The position numbers and the translations under genes are program-made. The notes under the pieces were generated by a model. It had not been told where the DNA came from. It was given only the letters and a program-made list of their open reading frames with translations, and searched no databases. From a virus (taxonomy: Duplodnaviria; Caudoviricetes), in the IMG/VR virus record IMGVR_UViG_3300044472_000006, positions 1 to 44,994 of that record: a DNA stretch of 44,994 nt, one strand, 5' to 3'. Shown here one piece after another: positions 16,322 to 24,694 of this stretch. Numbering within the stretch: the first letter of the stretch is position 1; each line of letters opens with the position of its first letter.

Positions 16322-16508
16322 CCCGCTACTTGCTTGTTCATGGCGCACGAAGCGGTCAGTGATGCTTTCTAGAATGCCGTTGCTACGGTCTAGAATCGCC
16401 TACAACGGGCAAAAGGTCGCTGGAACGAAGGGACACTCGTCCTCGTATAGCGTACCAGGAGAGCCCCGTTTTGGCGGTTCTAGGGGGTGTGGTCAGGCAG
16501 CCACACTC
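16322..16508 (+). other. GC-rich structured intergenic element (RNA or ssDNA hairpin system)
   Basis: CTAGAATCGCC/GGCGGTTCTAG and AACGGG/CCCGTT nested stem; alternative TTCTAGA/TCTAGAA hairpin; GGGTGTGG/CCACACTC hairpin. Confidence 0.5.
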
Positions 16509-16704
16509 GAAATATCGAACAAAGAAATTGCGTATTCGATTAGAATCTAAATCATGTAAGAGTTGTAATAAACTCTTACCGAAACTCCGAAGATTAGATA
16601 AGAAGTTTTGTGATGATAAATGTCGTATTCATTTCTGGAGTAGAATGAATCCTCGCATCAAAATGTTCGAGTTAATCAATGAAGAAAATCATAGTAACAA
16701 TTAG
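16471..16704 (+). CDS. Zinc-finger protein (CxxC...KFCxxxCR); start uncertain
   Basis: CKSCNKLL...KKFCDDKCR. Confidence 0.55.
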   Translation: MAVLGGVVRQPHSKYRTKKLRIRLESKSCKSCNKLLPKLRRLDKKFCDDKCRIHFWSRMNPRIKMFELINEENHSNN

Positions 16705-17089
16705 CCGCCTTCTAGAGGATGAGTACCTTCCAGAACTTCTCAAAGATCCAATCGAATACGTTGACTGTGATCTATTCGAATTCTTTGATGATGAAACGAC
16801 TAAAATTGAAAGAGTAGAGGTAGAGAATGATAATTCTTAAGATTCCGCGGCAGGATAATCTAATTAATTTCCTTGCCGAAGTCGCTAAGAATCTAATGAT
16901 CATTGCTGTTTGTTCTATTCTCTTTCTTACAATTTACTATGCAAACCTCTGAAGAAGATTACTTTCTAAAAGTCGAGAAGACTCGAGTTCTTAATGAAAG
17001 AACTGTTAAGTCTTCCAGATTTGTCGCCAAAGAGATCATCATCTATGATAGATTCGGACATATAGTTAAAAAGATCACAGGAAAGAATC

Positions 17090-17311
17090 TTGATTGAAAC
17101 AATCAATACACAGTGTAAACGTTGGGAAGCAGATATTGATACTCTTCAATATCTAATTTCAAAGGTTCTCTGGGCAAGATCAGAGGAAGATCCTATTGAT
17201 ATTCTTAGAGAGATGCGAGCTAAATGCGAACGACTCTCAATTGAAATAGGAGAGTTCATTGAGCGGCACAAAGAAGGTAATAGAGATAGTAAAGATGAAA
17301 TCTCTACCTAG
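17090..17311 (+). CDS. Hypothetical protein
   Basis: ORF track. Confidence 0.5.
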   Translation: MIETINTQCKRWEADIDTLQYLISKVLWARSEEDPIDILREMRAKCERLSIEIGEFIERHKEGNRDSKDEIST

Positions 17312-17568
17312 ACTAGACTTCACAGAACTTCTTAGAGACAGCTGGAGAATCTATAAAAGCGTTCCTCAAAATAAATACGCTAATACAAAGAGGCTTTAAA
17401 GAATTCAAATGCTAACAGAACGAGACTTGCGATTTTATCTTAAAACTTGTGAAGAGGAACTTAATCGAACAAAAGATCAATCTGTCTATGCAAAGAAAAC
17501 ATATTCTCTAAACGATCTTCTCAAAGCTAGAATCAATGAAATTCTTTACATCCTAGGAGATACAAAAG

Positions 17569-18390
17569 ATGTCGTCTAAGATTATCTCAATTTCTCCCTC
17601 CACTCTTAATCTCTATTCGTCTTGTGCTCGTAAATTCCAGTTCGAGAAGGTTCTCTCTTTCCTTCCTAGAAATAAGTCAGTTTCTCTAGAGAAAGGCGAT
17701 CTCTTTCATAAGTTTCTCGAGTCCTATTATCAAGGAAAGATTGATCAACGGGAACAGAATATTGTCCGCTCAATTGAAGATGGCCGCCGCCATTCGATTA
17801 ATCTTGGATTAGGAGTAAATGATATTGAAGGCGAAGTAAAAGTATTTAAGGAATATGCTCTTCATTATGCCGGTGAGAATTGGATTCCGATTGCGGTAGA
17901 GAAACCTTTCGATATCTTTCTGACTGAAATTGATGGATACGAATTTCATCTCGAAGGAAAGATTGATCTGATCGTCAAACAGAATGAGCAGATTACTCTA
18001 GTAGATCATAAAACAACTTCTAGATTTTCAGATCCATCTCCCCTATCTCATCAATTTATGGCATATGCTTGGGCTCTCGAACAGAATCTAATTATTGTTA
18101 ACACAATCGGTCTTCAAGAATCTTACACGGGGGCACAGAGATTTCGACGAGCAATTCTCAATTTCGATGATTCTGTTCTAGATGAATGGAGGGAAAACGC
18201 ATCCTATATCTGTACAATGATTAAACTCGGAATGGAGAAAGGGTTCTTCCCTCCTAATTTCACCTCTTGTGATAAGTACGGCGGCTGCATGTTTAGAGAT
18301 ATCTGTTCAACTAGACCAGATACAAGAGAGTATAAACTGAATCGAGACTTCGTTAAAGGTGAGCCTTATGACATTTTTGGTGCAAAATGA
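17569..18390 (+). CDS. PD-(D/E)XK nuclease, Cas4/AddB-like with putative Fe-S cysteines
   Basis: N-terminal C (SSCARK), GDLFH, VEKPF, GKIDL, VDHKT, QFxxY and C-terminal CxxxxxCxxxxxC. Confidence 0.85.
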   Translation: MSSKIISISPSTLNLYSSCARKFQFEKVLSFLPRNKSVSLEKGDLFHKFLESYYQGKIDQREQNIVRSIEDGRRHSINLGLGVNDIEGEVKVFKEYALHYAGENWIPIAVEKPFDIFLTEIDGYEFHLEGKIDLIVKQNEQITLVDHKTTSRFSDPSPLSHQFMAYAWALEQNLIIVNTIGLQESYTGAQRFRRAILNFDDSVLDEWRENASYICTMIKLGMEKGFFPPNFTSCDKYGGCMFRDICSTRPDTREYKLNRDFVKGEPYDIFGAK

Positions 18391-18714
18391 GAACTAATGA
18401 ACTTCTCTCCGGTCTAAGACAAAGACGGAATGAACTCAAGAATGAACTAGCTGGAATTGAAGCTGCAATTGCAGGGCTAAAAAACACGGTCTAATCTATC
18501 AAAAAAAAAAAAAAAAAAGAGACAGTATACTTTTAAGTTTAAAGCAAAGTGTATTTACTGCGGAGAGGAATTTAACGCTCCAAGACAACTTCAAAAGTTT
18601 TGTTCCAAACCCAAGAAGTGTTCTAATCTTTGGTGGGAGGATGAGAAAAAAGGAAAACACACTGTCTCTGCTACCAACAAACCCACTATTCTTATTCCAG
18701 GAGCAAAGAAGTGA
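18387..18714 (+). pseudogene. Coiled-coil plus zinc-finger gene split by a +1 frameshift at A6, with an A18 tract
   Basis: MRTNELL...IAGLKNTV* (18387-18494). The +1 frame gives KTRSNLSKKKKKKRQYTFKFKAKCIYCG...KFCSKPKKC...GAKK* with no start codon of its own. Confidence 0.6.
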
Positions 18715-18902
18715 CATCTTCGCCCAGAAAACATTTGATTGAAAGCGAAGACTGGATCAAGAATCATACTGATCCTTTTACTAAGATGATTCTTGTGGAT
18801 GCAAAAGAATTGCTTCTTCTAGTGAGAAAGAAGAATTTTTACCAAGATCAATATGAGAAAGAATTAGGAAAGTATCATACTGATCCTATTGAGAAATCGT
18901 AA
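18711..18902 (+). CDS. Hypothetical protein
   Basis: AGGAG RBS; GTG start. Confidence 0.55.
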   Translation: MTSSPRKHLIESEDWIKNHTDPFTKMILVDAKELLLLVRKKNFYQDQYEKELGKYHTDPIEKS

Positions 18903-19150
18903 TGAGTCATATTCATAAACTTAAGAGAGTAAAAGTAAAGAAAGTCATTTACAAATGTACAGAATGTCCATCTTGGTATCCAGAAGCTTTAGCTTTCGGA
19001 GTGAAAACTATTTGCTGGAAATGCGGAGATGAGTTTATTCTCCGCAAGCTAAAGAACAATCGAGTTAAACCTATTTGTGATAAGTGTAGAGGAATTCTCT
19101 CTCCTGAGATTGATGTCGATAATTTAATGAAAGGTCTCGGACTAAATTGA
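18902..19150 (+). CDS. Zinc-ribbon protein
   Basis: HxH...CxxC, CxxC, CxxC. Confidence 0.65.
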   Translation: MSHIHKLKRVKVKKVIYKCTECPSWYPEALAFGVKTICWKCGDEFILRKLKNNRVKPICDKCRGILSPEIDVDNLMKGLGLN

Positions 19151-19602
19151 AAACCTCTGATCTAGGTAAGTCATTTATCAAATCCTGGGAGAGTCTTAGT
19201 TTAAATGCTTACCAAGATCCAATCGGTCTTTGGACAATAGGATACGGACACGTTAGACACGTCAATCCGATAGATATAATTTCAGAAGAAAGAGCAAATG
19301 AACTTCTCGAAGAAGATTTAATTCCCGGCGAAGGATGTTTAAATTTTCATTTTAAAGAATTAAATCAAAATCAATTCGACGCTCTTTCATCTTTCATATT
19401 TAATCTCGGAGTAAATACATTCCTAAAATCCTCTATCTTTAAATTTTTAGAAGCGAAAAGACTCGAACTCGCAGCTAGATATATTAAATTCTATAATAAA
19501 GCTAGAAATAATGGTGAGCTAATAGAGCTACCAGGATTGACTAAGAGACGAAATTCAGAGTTTATAATGTTTACTGATGGGAGTTATCTAAATAACGAAT
19601 GA
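19147..19602 (+). CDS. GH24 phage lysozyme (endolysin)
   Basis: E-x8-D-x5-T triad (WESLSLNAYQDPIGLWTIGYGH), QNQFDAL.SF.FNLG and GL.KRR..E. Confidence 0.93.
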   Translation: MKTSDLGKSFIKSWESLSLNAYQDPIGLWTIGYGHVRHVNPIDIISEERANELLEEDLIPGEGCLNFHFKELNQNQFDALSSFIFNLGVNTFLKSSIFKFLEAKRLELAARYIKFYNKARNNGELIELPGLTKRRNSEFIMFTDGSYLNNE

Positions 19603-20330
19603 AACTAAAAGACGTCGATCTAAAGAAACGATTTATGATCGCATTAATCGGCCAAACCGGCGCAGGTAAATCCGCCGCCGCCGGTTCATTTCACAAAGTA
19701 GGACCAATTAAATTTTTTGATTTCGACGGCCGGATGAAAGGTGTAAAGAAAGTCCATCCCGATGCAGACATTGATTTCGATTCCTACGGACCAAAAGAAC
19801 TCAATTCAATCTTTAGACCTGCATTCAACAGTCTCGTTCACTCTTGTCCTTGGAAGACTATTGTAGTCGATTCACTAACTTCACTCTCAGTTACTACGAT
19901 TACTGCCCAGATGTTAGCTAGAGGAGACAGTGGTAAAACTACCAAGGGTGGCATTTATGTAACAGGCTGGGATGAAATTAATGGAGAGACAGTTTTCATT
20001 TCACAGATTCTAGATGTTGCAAAAGTTCTTCCTTGTAACGTCATTATGACTTTCCATCCGATCACACGAACAGTAGGAACTGAAGGTAATGCGCAGAAGA
20101 TTGAAACGGTCGCGGCGTACGGAAATAAGATCAATCAAATAGCTCTAAACTATTTCGATGAAGTGTACTATATTGATACAGAGAAAGGATTTACCGATAA
20201 AGATCCAATGAAACGAGTCGCATACACAGATGCAAACACAAAAGCGATCGCAAAGTCAGCTCTCCCGCTACCGCCGAAAATGGATATCAGCGGCGGACTG
20301 TACGATGCGATCATGTCGTATCTCAAGTAG
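19599..20330 (+). CDS. P-loop ATPase, AAA_24/Sak4-like recombination protein
   Basis: GQTGAGKS, FDFD, IVVDSLT, FH and FDEVY; sits between a Cas4-like nuclease and an SSB-like gene. Confidence 0.75.
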   Translation: MKLKDVDLKKRFMIALIGQTGAGKSAAAGSFHKVGPIKFFDFDGRMKGVKKVHPDADIDFDSYGPKELNSIFRPAFNSLVHSCPWKTIVVDSLTSLSVTTITAQMLARGDSGKTTKGGIYVTGWDEINGETVFISQILDVAKVLPCNVIMTFHPITRTVGTEGNAQKIETVAAYGNKINQIALNYFDEVYYIDTEKGFTDKDPMKRVAYTDANTKAIAKSALPLPPKMDISGGLYDAIMSYLK

Positions 20331-20339
20331 GAGGTAAAG

Positions 20340-20537
20340 TTGGATCAAGTAGATCATATTATGCAGTTTTTTCAGTATGAACATCTACCTCCACATCTGC
20401 AAGAAACCTCTAAAGAATTTGCTAAACTAGCAGATATTTTGATAACGTCTCTACCAAGAAATTCTGAACGTACCGTAGCCCTTCGTAAATTACTTGAAGC
20501 AAAAGATGCAGCAGTCAGAGCCAAACTAGCAAAATAG
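20340..20537 (+). CDS. Small helical-hairpin protein, possible Tad1/Acb2-like anti-defence sponge
   Basis: FF.YEHLP.HLQ...LP...ERTVALRKLLEAKDAAVRA; AGGAGG RBS. Confidence 0.5.
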   Translation: MDQVDHIMQFFQYEHLPPHLQETSKEFAKLADILITSLPRNSERTVALRKLLEAKDAAVRAKLAK

Positions 20538-20549
20538 GAGAATAAGCAA

Positions 20550-20939
20550 ATGCCAGCGCTCACGCCGACAATTCAAGACATCAAAGCCTCAGAGCCAATT
20601 CCGCCTGGACGCTACCGAGCGAAGGTCGAAAAGCATGAGGAGAAAGTCTCAAAGCCGAATAAGGATACCGGCGAGACTTCAATGAATGACTGGGTCCATT
20701 TTGAGATCCTCGATTCCGGAGATTTCAGCGGTCGGAAACTCCGGCATTGTTTCTCAGAGAAGGAACCCAATCGTCGCTCCGCGATTCAATTCTTCCAAGC
20801 ACTCGGAGCGGATGTCGTTCCTGGAGAATCTTACAAGTTTGAGAATGCTCCGGGTCGGGAACTGTATATCTTCGTCCGTCAAGAGTTGTACGACGGAAAG
20901 ATGCTCCCAAAGATTTCAGACTTCCAGAAGATTGACTAG
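20550..20939 (+). CDS. OB-fold ssDNA-binding protein, DUF669-like
   Basis: PIPPGRY..KV...E.K.SK...FEILD.G.FSGRKL; located after the Sak4-like ATPase. Confidence 0.7.
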   Translation: MPALTPTIQDIKASEPIPPGRYRAKVEKHEEKVSKPNKDTGETSMNDWVHFEILDSGDFSGRKLRHCFSEKEPNRRSAIQFFQALGADVVPGESYKFENAPGRELYIFVRQELYDGKMLPKISDFQKID

Positions 20940-20964
20940 TTTTCATAGAAAGAGAGACTAGTCA

Positions 20965-21081
20965 ATGTCAAGTATTGATGGACCTGATGACGATCTTGAT
21001 TCTGATCTTCCAGACGAAGACTGGGAGGATGAAGAGGAGGAGGACGATAACGAAGACAGAGAAATTGGCGGAGAAGAGTAA
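20965..21081 (+). CDS. 38-aa hyperacidic peptide
   Basis: MSSIDGPDDDLDSDLPDEDWEDEEEEDDNEDREIGGEE (22 of 38 residues D/E). Confidence 0.6.
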   Translation: MSSIDGPDDDLDSDLPDEDWEDEEEEDDNEDREIGGEE

Positions 21082-21163
21082 CTAGTCAGAAGGATCGGCT
21101 GTACTTCTGATTAAACCTTGAGCCGCCGCAAGGGTAAAGATACGGCGGCATTTAAATAGTTAT
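21078..21163 (+). ncRNA. Candidate structured cis-regulatory RNA
   Basis: Closing stem GTAACTA/TAGTTAT, stem GTCAGAAG/CTTCTGAT, and alternative pairings CCTTG/CAAGG versus GCCGCCG/CGGCGGC. Confidence 0.45.
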
Positions 21164-21299
21164 GAGAAAGCAATGTATCGTCAGAAATCCTCGATGTTAT
21201 AAGAAGAGAAAAGCAAACAAGAGATGTAAGATGCACTATATGAGAGGTCTTAGACATCTTATTACTTTCAGACCAAATGAGAAACTAAGATTTATATGA
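21162..21299 (+). CDS. 45-aa basic Cys/His peptide
   Basis: MRKQCIVRNPRCYKKRKANKRCKMHYMR...; ATGA overlap with the next gene. Confidence 0.55.
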   Translation: MRKQCIVRNPRCYKKRKANKRCKMHYMRGLRHLITFRPNEKLRFI

Positions 21300-21481
21300 A
21301 TAAACGATATCGGATCCTTTTCTTAAACGCTAATGGTACAGTAACTCTACTCGAAGTCTCTACGGAATTCTCAAATCTCTCTAATATTATCAAGTCATAC
21401 GATCATGAAGGATGTACATTTCGAGTAGAGCGGATTACAGATATTAGTGATCTTGTAAGAAAGGAATATGAAAAATCCTAA
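21296..21481 (+). CDS. Hypothetical protein
   Basis: ORF track; overlap-coupled to neighbours. Confidence 0.55.
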   Translation: MNKRYRILFLNANGTVTLLEVSTEFSNLSNIIKSYDHEGCTFRVERITDISDLVRKEYEKS

Positions 21482-21854
21482 GTTCGATTCTCTTCTAAAG
21501 AAGATGTCAGAGATTCATGACAAGAAGAACTCTGACTATGCAAACGACTCAAATCCCTACTCTAATTTTGAGTTCGCATCATCTTTTTCTCAAGTCCCTT
21601 TATACAAAGTATATCTAGTTTTAATCGGAGTCAAAGTTGCTCGCTTACATGAACTCTTGGGCAAAGACAAACAGCCGAAAAATGAAAGTATTGATGATAC
21701 TCTGCTCGATCTTGCAACTTATACTGCTATCATGTCCTCTCAATTGATAAGTGAAGATGAAGAGATACAGCTTTATAATCGGAACAGACTTCGGCCTTCA
21801 GATGACAATCTTTCAATCGATTTCTCTAATGGAGGGAGTAAAGAAGTTATTTGA
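21468..21854 (+). CDS. DUF1599 / nucleotide-modification-associated domain 1 (Nmad1)-like protein
   Basis: KKNSDYA...NF...K..RL...ESIDDTLLDLA.Y. Confidence 0.7.
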   Translation: MKNPKFDSLLKKMSEIHDKKNSDYANDSNPYSNFEFASSFSQVPLYKVYLVLIGVKVARLHELLGKDKQPKNESIDDTLLDLATYTAIMSSQLISEDEEIQLYNRNRLRPSDDNLSIDFSNGGSKEVI

Positions 21855-21940
21855 GATTCTAGAAAAAGGAATAGAAACAAGAAATAACCAGCATCCTTAT
21901 CTGAAATCTGAAGAGATTAAAGATTTCTGGTATGTAATTT

Positions 21941-22159
21941 ATGAATGAGAGAGATGACGAGAGGAAGTCAGAAACAGTCTGGATCCTATTAGGATTCCAT
22001 CCAGATACTTCTCCTAGAATTGTCTATGATGAGATTTTGAGACTCAGAGAAATTGCTCGAAATGAAGCGAAACAAGCTGAAGAGATTAAGGCACTGAAAT
22101 CCGAGCTAGCCCAAGAACGTCTAACTCTCAAAGACTTACCAGCGTTACCAGAGAAATAA
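21941..22159 (+). CDS. Hypothetical protein
   Basis: ORF track. Confidence 0.55.
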   Translation: MNERDDERKSETVWILLGFHPDTSPRIVYDEILRLREIARNEAKQAEEIKALKSELAQERLTLKDLPALPEK

Positions 22160-22168
22160 ATAAAGATT

Positions 22169-22255
22169 GCCGCCGTGGTAAAACTGGCAGACACTCTTGG
22201 CTTAAACCCAAGCGACGAAAGTCAAATGCGAGTTCGAATCTCGCCGGCGGCACCA
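22169..22255 (+). tRNA. tRNA-Leu (anticodon TAA)
   Basis: Acceptor GCCGCCG/CGGCGGC plus ACCA; anticodon arm CTTGG-CTTAAAC-CCAAG; long variable arm; T-arm GCGAG-TTCGAAT-CTCGC. Confidence 0.93.
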
Positions 22256-22261
22256 ATTTAA

Positions 22262-24694
22262 ATGTCTAATTATGTTCCAGGAATAGGAAATCCCGCCGCC
22301 AAGTTAATGATAGTCGGCGAGGCCCCAGGAAAGTATGAAGATGAAAGATGTGAACCCTTTGTCGGTCCTTCAGGTGATATTCTTAACAGCCTGTTGACTG
22401 ATATTGGTGTCTCAAGATCAGAAGTCTATATCACAAATATTATCAAGTATCGCCCTCCCGATAATGATCTTCGCCGTTTGTCTGAAATCAACATCAAAGT
22501 AGAAGATCAACTCCCTCAACTCTGGTCAGAGATTGACACAATTAAACCTAATGCTATTCTTGCTCTAGGAAATTATGCCTTTCACCATATTACAGGGCTC
22601 GGAAAAATTGACAAGAAAAGTAAGTCCGGATACTCCGGTATATTTGATTACCGCGGGTCAATTCTTAGTCCGATTAACAGGGTCTACCCCAAAGTCATTC
22701 CTTCCATACATCCAGCGAACTTACTTCCTGGGCGGGAAGGTATATCATTTGGCACCAGGGCTTACATCAAGCTTGATTATGGACGAGCAGCAGAAGAATC
22801 AAAATTTAAAGATTTTCGACTTCCACAAAGAAACATCGAAGTCTGCCGCTCGGCGGCACAACTGTACAGATTTCTAGAAACATATCGGTCTCATGATGAG
22901 GTCTCAGTTGATATCGAAACTTATCAATGCATCCCTTCTTGTATTGCTCTGGCTTTTGTTCCTTACCACGCTATATCTATTCCTCTTCTACGTTCAATTG
23001 ATCTAGTATCAGATTCAGATCTAGTAGTTATCTATGAGCTATTAGCTAAGCTCTTTCAGCGAGTTAAAGTTCTTGGTCAAAATATCAAGTTTGATGAACA
23101 GAGGCTCTTCTTTACTTCACGCCTTCCTATTAGAGTTATATACGATAGTCGCATTCTTATGCATTGTCTGTACCCTGAATTTCCTGGACGACTTCAATTC
23201 ATCACTAGCATTTTTACGAAGGAACCATATTACAAGGATGAAGGAAAAAGTTTTGATCCTTCTAAGGATAAGATCGAAAGACTCCTAATTTATAATGCAA
23301 AGGATGCCGCGACTACTCTAGAAGCTCATCAGGTAATGATTAAAGAGGCTGAGGAGAGAGGATTATCTTCCTTCTATAATGATTATCTGATGAAACTTCA
23401 TCCTATCTATGTCAATATTGAACGACGAGGATTTCGAATTGATAAAGATAAAAGAGAAGAACTTAGAAAGAAATATGAGATCCTCCAGAAAGAACATCAG
23501 AAAGAGTTAGACGATCTCGCAGGTTTTTCAGTCAATGTCGCCTCTCCTAAAGCTGTTCCTAAACTTCTATATGAAGTTCTTAGACTTCCAGTAAGAGCGG
23601 GATGTGATGAAGATACTCTAGTAGCACTATTATGCAATAATACTAAGAATGACAAACAAAGACGAGCTATCGATCTAGTACTTAAACTCCGACGATTCCG
23701 AAAGACTAAGTCTACTTATCTTAATGCCGAACTCGATTTCGACGATAGACTTCGATGCTCAATTAATCAATGCGGAACTGAGACAGGTAGACGATCTTCG
23801 TCTGTTCTCAAGCCGCCAACTAGACCGATTAAAATCGGTATCTCTTTACTTACTCTTACAAAGAGAGGAGATATTGGTTCTGATATTCGGGAGATGATAG
23901 TAGCAGATGAAGGTAAATCAATTTGCGAAATTGACGTTGCTCAAGCCGAAGCTCGTGTCGCTGCTATTCTTAGTGATGATAATGAAACGCTTGAAATGTT
24001 CGACACGATCGATATCCACTCTCGAACAGCACATTGGTTTTTTGGCACTGAAGAATCTACTATTAAATCAAAATTTCCTGATCAAAGATATTCAGCAAAA
24101 GAAGGACGATATTTAGGTCAATACGGCGGCTCAAAAAGGCGTCTAATGACTTCAATAGCATCTAATGCTTATAAACTACATATCGGCTGTGCTCGGATTG
24201 ATGAGTGGCATTGTGATGGGAAGCATCTTAATCCCTCAGAATGGAAATGCGGTCAATGGCTCGAGGCGTTTCATTCCTATACTCCAAAAATTAAGAAAGT
24301 CTTCCACAGAGCTGTTCAGAATCAGTTGATGACTGATAGAACAATCGTCGGACCTTTCGGACGATCTCGAACTTTCTTCGAGAGATATGATGATGAACTA
24401 TTAAGATCAGCCTACGCTCATGCCTGTAGTTCAATAGTAGCAGATCATGTCGGGCATGCAATGATTAGATTGATTGAGATCAAACCTGATATTGAGATTC
24501 TTCTTGAATTTCATGATGCTCTTTATTTTCAGGATTACGACGACAAAATTCTCGAGACTGCTAAACTAGTAAAGAATGAACTTGAAAAAGAAATTGACTT
24601 CTCAAAAGGATCGTTTAAGCGAGGAAAGTTAAAGCTTCCAGTTGACATAAAGATTGGAAAGAATCTTAAGCATTTGAAAGAAATAAAGCTTTGA
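22262..24694 (+). CDS. polA: Family A DNA polymerase with N-terminal family-4-like uracil-DNA glycosylase domain and 3'-5' exonuclease
   Basis: UDG: GEAPG, FVG.SG, TN..K.RP, HPA. Exonuclease: DIET, N.KFD, YN..D. Polymerase: TETGR.SS, D..QAEAR, R..AK.......YG, HD. Confidence 0.92.
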   Translation: MSNYVPGIGNPAAKLMIVGEAPGKYEDERCEPFVGPSGDILNSLLTDIGVSRSEVYITNIIKYRPPDNDLRRLSEINIKVEDQLPQLWSEIDTIKPNAILALGNYAFHHITGLGKIDKKSKSGYSGIFDYRGSILSPINRVYPKVIPSIHPANLLPGREGISFGTRAYIKLDYGRAAEESKFKDFRLPQRNIEVCRSAAQLYRFLETYRSHDEVSVDIETYQCIPSCIALAFVPYHAISIPLLRSIDLVSDSDLVVIYELLAKLFQRVKVLGQNIKFDEQRLFFTSRLPIRVIYDSRILMHCLYPEFPGRLQFITSIFTKEPYYKDEGKSFDPSKDKIERLLIYNAKDAATTLEAHQVMIKEAEERGLSSFYNDYLMKLHPIYVNIERRGFRIDKDKREELRKKYEILQKEHQKELDDLAGFSVNVASPKAVPKLLYEVLRLPVRAGCDEDTLVALLCNNTKNDKQRRAIDLVLKLRRFRKTKSTYLNAELDFDDRLRCSINQCGTETGRRSSSVLKPPTRPIKIGISLLTLTKRGDIGSDIREMIVADEGKSICEIDVAQAEARVAAILSDDNETLEMFDTIDIHSRTAHWFFGTEESTIKSKFPDQRYSAKEGRYLGQYGGSKRRLMTSIASNAYKLHIGCARIDEWHCDGKHLNPSEWKCGQWLEAFHSYTPKIKKVFHRAVQNQLMTDRTIVGPFGRSRTFFERYDDELLRSAYAHACSSIVADHVGHAMIRLIEIKPDIEILLEFHDALYFQDYDDKILETAKLVKNELEKEIDFSKGSFKRGKLKLPVDIKIGKNLKHLKEIKL

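Noticed and set aside
17569-18390. CRISPR-Cas adaptation locus
   Set aside because: A solo Cas4-like nuclease in a phage recombination module; no cas1/cas2 or array.
22169-22255. Ochre suppressor tRNA (TTA anticodon)
   Set aside because: The 7-nt loop CT-TAA-AC places TAA at 34-36; the long variable arm and A73 fit Leu.
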